DNA of 64,000 nt, from assembly GCA_030837285.1 (NCBI GenBank), contig JAUPKU010000162.1, forward strand, positions 22,274 through 86,273. Reading direction: 5' to 3'. How positions within the stretch are numbered: the first letter of the stretch is position 1; every line of letters begins with the position of its first letter. Origin of the DNA: Thermoproteota archaeon (GTDB lineage: Archaea; Thermoproteota; Bathyarchaeia; RBG-16-48-13; GCA-020355125). A program made the translations under genes and the position numbers. Of the stretch, positions 21,836 to 29,886 are shown piece after piece. Under the pieces are notes generated by a model, which saw only the letters and a program-made list of their open reading frames with translations, was not told the origin of the DNA and did not search any database.

Positions 21836-22270
21836 TTAAGGTAGATCGTAGGGGAACATTATTCTCCGCTCGTTTTCATCAACGTATTCTCCGACAATGT
21901 CTGCTTTGAAGGTTGATCCTCTGCGATTAAAGAGGACAAGCGTTGTAATCGTCGTATCCTTATGAAGTTTTTCTAGGACAAACTTCATGGCAATCCCCTG
22001 ATCCAACCAATCATCCACGACCAGAACTCTTCCACGCACCGCGTCTATCTGACACAGGTCATGAACCATGATCTTCATGCTCTCTCCTTCCCCGGTGTGT
22101 CGTACAAAGACTGAGCAGAATGTCGGTATTCCCATCTTCGATGACATATAAGCTGCAACTAGGGAGCCGCCCCTGCCTATCCCTACAATGCTATCGAATG
22201 TTCTAAGTCGTATCTCATCATAGAGTTTATCCAACAAATTAGTGTACTCATACCAAGCAACTATCTTCAA
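21836..22270 (-). CDS. Phosphoribosyltransferase family protein
   Basis: Has the PRPP-binding acidic loop VLVVDDWLDQGIAM preceded by GIGRGG. Confidence 0.75.
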   Translation of the reverse strand: MKIVAWYEYTNLLDKLYDEIRLRTFDSIVGIGRGGSLVAAYMSSKMGIPTFCSVFVRHTGEGESMKIMVHDLCQIDAVRGRVLVVDDWLDQGIAMKFVLEKLHKDTTITTLVLFNRRGSTFKADIVGEYVDENERRIMFPYDLP

Positions 22271-22564
22271 ACTCTCTCACTCACACTATTTTCCAATTAT
22301 TTAAAATATATTCAACACATGCATATATGATTTTAGCATATTCACAACAGGTTCCATTCTCACTTCCCTACCTAAAAATCCTGCTTCCCCACACGCGCAA
22401 CGACACATCTAACGCATAACAGACCACGCATGCTACATCGCCAACTTGATTATTTACATTACTGAAGGAGAAAAAATCAGTTTATATTAGAAACATGACT
22501 TGTAATTCCTCAGCGCAAGCTACTAAATCCAAGTATCACGACTAAAAAGGGAGATGGACTAGAA

Positions 22565-23005
22565 CTATTTACTCAGTCTAAGTTGTTTCATAAAGCCGAC
22601 GACATCGTACAACAGTTTTTCTTCGACTATTTCACCGTTCTTCCACGTGGCGGCCGTGCAAAATTTAAGCTTCGCTATCTTTCTTGTCGGCGGAATCACT
22701 TTTCCATCTGCGCCTTTCATTGGCATCTTCATCGTTATTGTCCAATCGGCGACAGCGCAAGTGTGGTCTCCCTGACCGAAAGCAATATTGTAAGGCTTGT
22801 TAACCAATTTATTGTCGAAGGTTTTGAAGAACTCCTTAGCCTCGACATCATGGTTGTGTCGTCCTCTTGTAGGATCAGGCTGAGCTGGCCAGTACACCTT
22901 AACGTCTTCCCTATGAATCTTCTTAAAAATCTCCCAAAGAGGGCTACTAGACCCAGCATTTCATGCATTATCAATCGTCCTCATCAACTCGAGGTTTTCT
23001 TTCAC
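22565..23005 (-). pseudogene. SnoaL-like (NTF2-fold, ester-cyclase-type) protein with a single nonsense codon
   Basis: GTG 23005: VKENLELMRTIDNA*NAGSSSPLWEIFKKIHREDVKVYWPAQ... continues in frame into the listed 110-aa ORF. The TGA at 22961-22963 sits where the fold usually has Trp (..daWN.g..). Confidence 0.6.
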
Positions 23006-23175
23006 TCCCAAACAAAATCACCCTAAATAATTTGGGCTTTAGGAATAGATTTCAAAATTGCTGCAATTTCAGCTAAAGTGCGCGTGTAGTCCAATAACAG
23101 GATGTAAACGCAGTGCAATAGCCTCACAGTTTTTTATTCTTAAAGATCATATCTTAGAGTGGAGGGAGATGTCAA

Positions 23176-23454
23176 TTGCATATGGAAGAGTTGATAGGAA
23201 AGAAAGTAGTGGAAACGCAGGCTAAAGTGTTAGGAGAGGTGATTGACATCGAATTCGACGAGAAGACAATGCAACTTACTAAAATATGCCTCAAACTTAA
23301 CGAGAACATCGTTGAAGAAATGGGACTGAAGAAGCCAAGGTTGATAGGCAGCGTGAAAGCTGACTTACCTATCACCGTAATAAAAGCCATCAGCGACGTT
23401 GTAACCTTAAACAGAAGTGCAAAAGAACTCGGACCAATAGCAGTACAGCATTAA
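23176..23454 (+). CDS. PRC-barrel domain protein
   Basis: Reads ELIGKKVVETQAKVLGEVIDIEFDEKTMQLTKICLKL, a typical PRC-barrel N-terminal strand pattern. Confidence 0.6.
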   Translation: MHMEELIGKKVVETQAKVLGEVIDIEFDEKTMQLTKICLKLNENIVEEMGLKKPRLIGSVKADLPITVIKAISDVVTLNRSAKELGPIAVQH

Positions 23455-23551
23455 AACAATCAACAATACATTTCTAAGAAGAGGATTAAATCCTCAAATC
23501 ATTTTTTGTATAGCTCTCTCTCCATCCCATACGCGCTACATCCTCACATCT

Positions 23552-23859
23552 TCCTAGAAGACTGTGGTAAACTTAGTCTGTGCCTTCAGAAACTTTAGAA
23601 CTTCGCTTTTCTCGCGCTATCTGTCTAGAGTGCGCTTCAACCTTTTTCCTACTCCATTCAGCGCCTCATAGAGGCTCTTGAACTTGAGAGACCCCTTCCT
23701 CAAAGCCTCATAGTAAAGCCATGTTGTTGTATATTGACAGTCACACGTGTTTATGAAGACGTCTGATCCATTAATTAGTAAAGCCCTTAGGCAGATCAGT
23801 GCATAAAACCACTTATTCCAAGATTTCATAGAGAAAACAGAGACGAACAAGAATGACAA
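23552..23859 (-). pseudogene. Duplicated 3' fragment of the Nre gene at 27438-28709
   Basis: ..EALRKGSLKFKSLYEALNGVGKRLKRTLDR*REKSEVLKFLKAQTKFTTVF* matches ..EALRKEPIKFKSLDEALYGVGKRLKLPLARWREKSEVLKFLKVQTRLTTFF* in the intact gene. The nucleotide alignment is obvious over about 170 nt. A TAG (23617-23619) replaces the TGG of the intact copy. Confidence 0.65.
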
Positions 23860-24662
23860 AAATGAATCCAGTAGTTCATTTCGAAATGCCGTATGAAAAC
23901 CGCGAACGCCTCGTTAAATTCTACACCGAGGCTTTTGGCTGGCAGATGCAAATGCTCGGCAAAGACATGGGTGATTACGTTACTGCATCCACTACAGAGA
24001 CTGATGAAAAGAGGATGGTAAAAAGACCCGGCGCCGTAAACGGCGGTTTCTTTCCCAAGAAAACTGATTGGCCAGCCCGGTATCCATCAGTAGTTATTGA
24101 TGTGGATGATATCATAGAAGCGATGAAAAAAGTCGCCGAAGCAGGTGGTAGAGTCCTTGAACCAATGGAGATCCCCGGCATTGGGCAATACATCTCATTC
24201 ATCGATACAGAGGGCAATGGCGTAAGCATGATTCAATCATCCAATTATACTATGACCGAAGCTGTCAAGAAATTCTTCGCCGAATATGAGAAAGCCTTTA
24301 TCGCCCTTGAAGTGGAACGTCAGGTGCCAATGTTCGCTGAACACTTCATGTCAGCTGGACCCAAAGGAAACATTGCAAGAAGCAGAGATGAATTCGAAAA
24401 AATGGCGCACCAGGCAGCGGAATTCTACAAGAGTGTCGGACAAACCGAAGCCAAGATTCTTTACATGTGGGAAACTCCTATTTCAAACGAGTACTCCATG
24501 GTCTTGGTGCACTGGGGAGTCAAATTCAAGAAGACAGGTGACAAATTGATCGAGTTCGACGTGACATACTTCATTCAAAATCCTGTTAGCGACCCTAAGA
24601 TAATCATGTTCATCGCTCATCAAGATGAGGAGAAGGCGATGAAAGAGTTAGGGCTAAGATAA
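23853..24662 (+). CDS. VOC (glyoxalase/bleomycin-resistance) domain fused to an NTF2-like domain
   Basis: The N-terminus VVHFEMPYENRERLVKFYTEAFGW...GQYISFIDTEGN is VOC-type. The roughly 130-aa C-terminus has an NTF2/SnoaL-like pattern. Confidence 0.7.
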   Translation: MTKMNPVVHFEMPYENRERLVKFYTEAFGWQMQMLGKDMGDYVTASTTETDEKRMVKRPGAVNGGFFPKKTDWPARYPSVVIDVDDIIEAMKKVAEAGGRVLEPMEIPGIGQYISFIDTEGNGVSMIQSSNYTMTEAVKKFFAEYEKAFIALEVERQVPMFAEHFMSAGPKGNIARSRDEFEKMAHQAAEFYKSVGQTEAKILYMWETPISNEYSMVLVHWGVKFKKTGDKLIEFDVTYFIQNPVSDPKIIMFIAHQDEEKAMKELGLR

Positions 24663-24700
24663 TTGTAGATAGAACTTCGTAACATCAAAGAGGTAAGAAT

Positions 24701-25588
24701 GTGATGCAGAAGATTACGCCGTTTTTGTGGTATGACAAAGAGGCTGTTGAGGCCGCAAACTTATACACGTCAATCTTCGAGAACTCGAGAATCAAGAAGA
24801 CATCGACTCTCAATAATACCCCTTCTGGCAAGGTTGAAATAGTAAGCATAGAGCTTTATGGTCAAGAGTTCACATTGATGAGCGCAGGCCCCTATTTCAA
24901 ATTCAACCCGTCCGTGTCATTCCTCGTTGCCTGCAAGGCAAAGGAGGAAGTGGAGAAGCTATGGAAAGAATTATCTGATGGAGGCAAACCGCTCATGGAA
25001 CTTGGCGCATATCCTTTCAGCGAGAACTATGGATGGTTGGAGGATAGGTATGGGCTTTCATGGCAGATCATGTTCATAGGTGATCGTAAAATAACACAGA
25101 ATATCATTCCAACACTTATGTTTGTAGGAAATGTCTGTGGAAAAGCGGAAGAAGCCATCGAATTCTACATATCCGTTTTCAAGAATTCACGCGTAGGTGA
25201 TATCCTCCGCTACGGCAAGAATCAAGCACCAGACAAGGAAGGTACAGTAGTACACGCTTCATTCACCCTTGAGCAGCAAGAATTTGCTGCCATGGACAGT
25301 GCCCAACCACATAACTTCGTCTTCAACGAAGCAATATCATTCGTGGTAAACTGCGAAACACAGAAAGAGATTGACTATTACTGGGAAAACCTCTCAGCCA
25401 ACCCAACAGTCGAGCAGTGTGGCTGGCTGAAGGATAAGTACGGCCTTTCATGGCAGATCGTCCCTATAGTCCTGCAAGAAATGCTTGAGGACAAGGACCC
25501 CCAGAAAATATCGCGTGTGACTGAAGTGTTCCTCAAGATGAAAAAGTTTGATATTGCGGCTCTTCAAAGAGCTTATAAAGGAGAATAG
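24701..25588 (+). CDS. Tandem PhnB-like / 3-demethylubiquinone methyltransferase-domain (VOC superfamily) protein
   Basis: Two repeats, each with ..P.LMF.. and YGLSWQI (ITPFLWYDKEAVEAANLYTSIF...RYGLSWQIM, then IIPTLMFVGN...KYGLSWQIV). Confidence 0.75.
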   Translation: MMQKITPFLWYDKEAVEAANLYTSIFENSRIKKTSTLNNTPSGKVEIVSIELYGQEFTLMSAGPYFKFNPSVSFLVACKAKEEVEKLWKELSDGGKPLMELGAYPFSENYGWLEDRYGLSWQIMFIGDRKITQNIIPTLMFVGNVCGKAEEAIEFYISVFKNSRVGDILRYGKNQAPDKEGTVVHASFTLEQQEFAAMDSAQPHNFVFNEAISFVVNCETQKEIDYYWENLSANPTVEQCGWLKDKYGLSWQIVPIVLQEMLEDKDPQKISRVTEVFLKMKKFDIAALQRAYKGE

Positions 25589-25840
25589 TATAAAAAAGCG
25601 CGCGTGCATGTGTCATTCATTTCTTCATACCGCGCGATAAATTAGAAGTTTAAGGATTAAATTTTAATTTTTTTCTCCCTGACGACCTAACGCCCTAGAG
25701 GTTTATACGTATTTCCACAAAATTATCTTGCACATACGGATACAAATTATACCACATTAACCTGTTAAGAAAAAGAAAAAAGAAGAAAACAGCATCAGAA
25801 AATCGTGCGTATTTTCGTTGTTGTAGAAACTCTATCCCAT

Positions 25841-25850
25841 ATATTTAAAT
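25841..25850 (+). promoter_or_regulatory. Candidate TATA box for the PEF-CTERM gene
   Basis: atatttaaat lies 36-45 nt upstream of the proposed TTG start. Confidence 0.3.
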
Positions 25851-25885
25851 TACTTAAGTCAAGTATTTTATTAGGAGGCGATTGT

Positions 25886-27229
25886 TTGTATAAAAAATTC
25901 CTACCTTTTCTGTTGATATTAGTGTTCGCGTCAAGCTTTGCAGGTCAAATACTCCTTTTCAGCTCTAAAGTGGCGCCGAATAACATTGAAATCGCAAACG
26001 CCGCGGCTGGTCCTTTAGCAAGCGCCTATTTATATGCTGACCCTTCAAATTCTAGTGAAGATGGTTCATCCTTCGCTATTACGAATAGTAATGGACAATT
26101 CAATATGACAACGGGCTTAATCCCTGGAACATACAATATTACAGCTTTTGCAATTGGCTATATTCAAGAGAAAATTGATTTAGTAAATGTCGTCGCAGGT
26201 CAAACAACACCTGGCATAAACTTCAATCTACAACTATCTGGAGGAATTTCAGGAAAGGTCACCGATGCAGTTAACGGAGATCCAATTAACGGCACTTTCA
26301 TATTCGCAGAACTCTCAAATGGCACTGGAACTTACGGATGGTTTGGTACTGCTGGACAAGATGGTTCATATCTTTTAATGACAAACCTTGTAACTGGAAT
26401 ATACAATGTCTCAGTCTTTTACGCAGACGGGTATATCAGTGGGATGGCAACATCAAGTGTTGTTGCGGGAGTTGAAACTAAGAATATAAATCTCCAACTA
26501 CCACGATCAGGAATCATCTCAGGAAAAGTGATGGCGCCAAATGGCACTGGACTCTACGGTATTTCTGTAATCGCAAGTGGCACATCATACTTCGGTTCTG
26601 CTACGACGGATGTATCGGGTAATTTCAGAATAGCCACAGGACTCGGAACAGCTAATTACACAGTATATGCCAATGGAGCTGGAAATTACTCAGCATACGG
26701 CGGTATTCTTTCACCTACGTTGGTTCATGTTACAGCAGGTCAAGAAACACCTAATATAAACATTGAGCTTACCCCTGTTACATCTCCTCCAACACCTTCT
26801 GGTGAAATAAGGGGCCGTATAATAGACATAAATAATAATCCGATAAGATCAGCATCGGTTGCAGCATCAGGGAGCAATGGAACAGGCTATGGCTCTACAG
26901 ACGATAATGGCGACTATAACATTTCAAGTGGCTTGCTAACAGGAAACGATTACAATGTAAGTGTAACGGCTACAGGATACTTCGATGCTTATTATCCAAC
27001 TCTTGTCAGTGTCACAATTGGACAAACAACAGATAATATAAACATCCAAATGTTAGCAGAACCTGCAACTACATTCGGAACTATTACTGGTAGTGTCATT
27101 GGAAACCCAATCATAATTCCTGAATTCTCAAGTACAATAATCGAAATAATCTCGCTAGCACTAGTAACCGCAGTCGCAATAAAGCTAAAACGCACTCAAT
27201 TTAAACCAAATGTCCACATAAGTTCATAG
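25886..27229 (+). CDS. PEF-CTERM surface protein with carboxypeptidase-regulatory-like (CarboxypepD_reg) repeats
   Basis: TTG 25886 lies 7 nt after GGAGG (25874-25878) and gives the signal peptide YKKFLPFLLILVFASSFA. There are about 5 repeats of G.ISGKV.D...G.PI......G.Y......G.Y.V....GY and many N-x-S/T sequons. The C-terminus IIIPEFSSTIIEIISLALVTAVAIKLKR (27119-27226) is a PEF motif, a TM helix and a basic patch. Confidence 0.75.
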   Translation: MYKKFLPFLLILVFASSFAGQILLFSSKVAPNNIEIANAAAGPLASAYLYADPSNSSEDGSSFAITNSNGQFNMTTGLIPGTYNITAFAIGYIQEKIDLVNVVAGQTTPGINFNLQLSGGISGKVTDAVNGDPINGTFIFAELSNGTGTYGWFGTAGQDGSYLLMTNLVTGIYNVSVFYADGYISGMATSSVVAGVETKNINLQLPRSGIISGKVMAPNGTGLYGISVIASGTSYFGSATTDVSGNFRIATGLGTANYTVYANGAGNYSAYGGILSPTLVHVTAGQETPNINIELTPVTSPPTPSGEIRGRIIDINNNPIRSASVAASGSNGTGYGSTDDNGDYNISSGLLTGNDYNVSVTATGYFDAYYPTLVSVTIGQTTDNINIQMLAEPATTFGTITGSVIGNPIIIPEFSSTIIEIISLALVTAVAIKLKRTQFKPNVHISS

Positions 27230-27437
27230 TGGAATTACAAACATTTCTCCATTTTTTATTATTGACTTCTTCTGAGTATTGGACTTTTATATCTCCCAAT
27301 ATAACAAAGTCCTTAACAATCTCCGCGCCATTGCTACTGAGTTTTAACAGCAAATGATTAGCAAGTAAATTTTATTTTTTCAAGAAAAAGATTTTGGTTG
27401 GGGGCTAAAACTAAACAAGTAGCTAAATAATTCGCTT

Positions 27438-28709
27438 CTAGAAGAATGTAGTCAGTCTAGTTTGCACCTTCAGAAACTTTAGAACCTCGCTCTTCTCACG
27501 CCATCTGGCAAGAGGAAGCTTCAGCCTCTTTCCCACCCCGTACAATGCTTCATCAAGACTCTTAAACTTAATAGGCTCCTTCCTCAAAGCCTCACGGCAG
27601 ATCTCCCTGAACCTCCAAACACCCAATGGAATCCACTCAGGATACACTTCCATAAACACGATAACCCCCGCCTGGCGTCTAATACTCCTCAAATACTCCA
27701 ACGCCGGCAGACGCGTGGCATAATAGGCTCCTTCCAAGTCCGAAGCATAGGACTTTCTACCCCTCTGAAACTCATAGTCCACTCCCGGCGAAGGATTGGG
27801 ATTAGCCGATGTCAGCCAAGCCTCCTGAGCCTCAAACATCCACGAAGAGGGGAAGAAGAGAATCTGAACGTTATTCCCCAACGCCTTGTGACCAAAAATC
27901 AAGGAATCGCTTATCCAAGGATAGTCAAGGATCTCTCTGTGAATCGCCTTCCCTAGAATATCATCGATGGCAGTTATGCTCCACTCCGTCGGAACGAGCC
28001 TCCGCTCCTTCTTAACCCCAAGCAGGCCAATGGAGAGCATCCTCGTTATCTGCTGCTGAGGAATCTCAGAATCATAAAGCCACAGTATCCCCTCTCCAGC
28101 TTTCAAGTCCTTATCAGACACAACACGGTCCACAGGCCTGGGCACATGTGGGTTCTCAGTTAGAACAGCTTGTTTAATCGATGCTGAGGGACCTGACGGC
28201 GCCTCCCTAGACGAGAAGACAAGAGACAGTTGAGGCTTCTTGTCAAACCACATCTCCACATCCGTCGGCCTGGACGCCATGACAATCTCCTGAAAAGTTG
28301 ACAGGAACCTGCTGGGTTCTCTCGCAGATTTAACATCCATGAAGCTTTTTCCCCTCACCAGAGAGAGCCTGTACGTCAGGATATCATTGAACGTTTTGTC
28401 AACCCAGCGCTCAGGCAAATCCATTATAGAAGCGTCATCCACAGAAATTGGCGGAACCAGCGGACCAGCTAGAACCTTAGGATAATTCCAGGAGCCCACA
28501 AAGATGGCTGGAGGCGACGCTCCAAAAATATTCTCTTTAGTAAGACTCTTCTCAAGCCTGATCAAAGTCTCAGCTTTAACTATGATAGGGCAGACTCCTT
28601 TTCCGCATAGCCTTCGATGTCCTCGGCAGATAGAACACAAGTTCCTCTTCTGCTCACTCATCATGACGCTGAACAGCTTTGCCTGTGCGGCCACTACAGC
28701 ATCCTCCAA
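27438..28709 (-). CDS. nreA: Nre-family archaeal DNA repair protein with a C-terminal PCNA-interacting (PIP) box
   Basis: The N-terminal Cys cluster is CSICRGHRRLCGKGVCP. There is a long conserved body and the extreme C-terminus is QTRLTTFF (QxxLxxFF). Confidence 0.7.
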   Translation of the reverse strand: MEDAVVAAQAKLFSVMMSEQKRNLCSICRGHRRLCGKGVCPIIVKAETLIRLEKSLTKENIFGASPPAIFVGSWNYPKVLAGPLVPPISVDDASIMDLPERWVDKTFNDILTYRLSLVRGKSFMDVKSAREPSRFLSTFQEIVMASRPTDVEMWFDKKPQLSLVFSSREAPSGPSASIKQAVLTENPHVPRPVDRVVSDKDLKAGEGILWLYDSEIPQQQITRMLSIGLLGVKKERRLVPTEWSITAIDDILGKAIHREILDYPWISDSLIFGHKALGNNVQILFFPSSWMFEAQEAWLTSANPNPSPGVDYEFQRGRKSYASDLEGAYYATRLPALEYLRSIRRQAGVIVFMEVYPEWIPLGVWRFREICREALRKEPIKFKSLDEALYGVGKRLKLPLARWREKSEVLKFLKVQTRLTTFF

Positions 28710-28887
28710 AGCATCCTTGAAAAGAATACAAACCTATTTGATACTAAAAACTCAAGGTATCACTAATGAGATAAGCCTATCTAAACTAACACGGAGTGGT
28801 TTCACTACTTAATGCGGTATTGTCCTCCGAAAAATAAAGGATATACAGAGTAAATGAGATTCTTGAGTTCCGTTAACTGGGCTGCTC

Positions 28888-29853
28888 TTATTCTGTTTCT
28901 GTTGGAATTTTTGATTCACACGGCACTCCTGTTTGGCAAAGTCCACAGCCGTATCCTTCAAAGTGGTAGTTTGCTCGTACGAACTCTCTTGTGACGTCTA
29001 GGTATTTGGAGCACTTGACTTTATCATGACCCGATTTTGAGAGGGCACCAGCTGGACATCTGTCAATACATTTTCCGCATATCCCCTTCGAATAGAACAG
29101 GCAGTAGGCATGATGGTCAGTATAAGGCCTCTTAGAAGGAGGAACATCAATCTTCGCAATCACTGAACCACAGCGCATAGCAATCCCCTTCGAAGTAATC
29201 AACCCATCGGACAAACCAAAAGTTCCCAAACCAGCAGCATAAGCTGTGTGCCGCTCAGACCATGTTGAAGCGTTCAAATACTTCACTGACTTTCTGCCAC
29301 CAAAGAGAGGCGAAAGCATCGGTGCCACTGCCTCATATCCCGCCTGCTGAAGCGTAGCAACAACGTGCTTGCAGAGTTTGACGTTCACTTCCTCGCCGAA
29401 GATGCGGCTTCTAGCCCATCTCTCATTAGGAAATTTTGTTTGCAAGCGGTGCTCCGATTTCGTAGCTTCAGTCTGAGGTAGTATCCAGCTAATTATCGTT
29501 AGCTGTTCAGGTCTTACTTTCACACTAGGATAGGCATTAGCGAATACTTCTATTGGTGAAAGGAAGAAGTCGCCAATATCCTCCTTATAAAATTGGTACA
29601 GAGGATCAGCCCCGTTTACAAATCCGACTAGTGGCTCTACCCAAGCCTTCTCATTCTCCTTGTTCTTCAAGGTATTCTCAGGGGACTCGTTGATAAAACG
29701 CTTGACAACTGTTTCAATCCACTGAGCTGAACTCTTTTCATTATCTTGCAATTTTGACTCCTCATAAAAAATTGAATTCGAAGTTAATGAGTCTTTACTT
29801 CTTACCCGAAGAGATCTTTCTAAGTTTACCTTGAGAATTAAATTCCATAGCAT
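28888..29853 (-). CDS. QueG/reductive-dehalogenase-like 4Fe-4S protein
   Basis: Contains ..GLGTFGLSDGLIT.., CGKCIDRCPAGAL and CGLCQTGVPCE. The start codon is uncertain. Confidence 0.55.
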   Translation of the reverse strand: MLWNLILKVNLERSLRVRSKDSLTSNSIFYEESKLQDNEKSSAQWIETVVKRFINESPENTLKNKENEKAWVEPLVGFVNGADPLYQFYKEDIGDFFLSPIEVFANAYPSVKVRPEQLTIISWILPQTEATKSEHRLQTKFPNERWARSRIFGEEVNVKLCKHVVATLQQAGYEAVAPMLSPLFGGRKSVKYLNASTWSERHTAYAAGLGTFGLSDGLITSKGIAMRCGSVIAKIDVPPSKRPYTDHHAYCLFYSKGICGKCIDRCPAGALSKSGHDKVKCSKYLDVTREFVRANYHFEGYGCGLCQTGVPCESKIPTETE

Positions 29854-29886
29854 TAGAGAACTAGAACACGCACTCTAAACAGAATC

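Noticed and set aside
5550-23859. Could the many in-frame TGA/TAG/TAA codons reflect stop-codon reassignment (TGA=Trp, TAG=pyrrolysine) or selenocysteine rather than pseudogenes?
   Set aside because: All three stop types occur inside the disrupted genes, usually together with frameshifts or missing gene parts. Intact neighbours terminate normally on TAA (GT2, 2201), TGA (the sortase-like gene and ABC 60472, both in ATGA stop/start overlaps) and TAG (tgtA, metK). No Pyl or Sec machinery or SECIS-like context is seen in the window.
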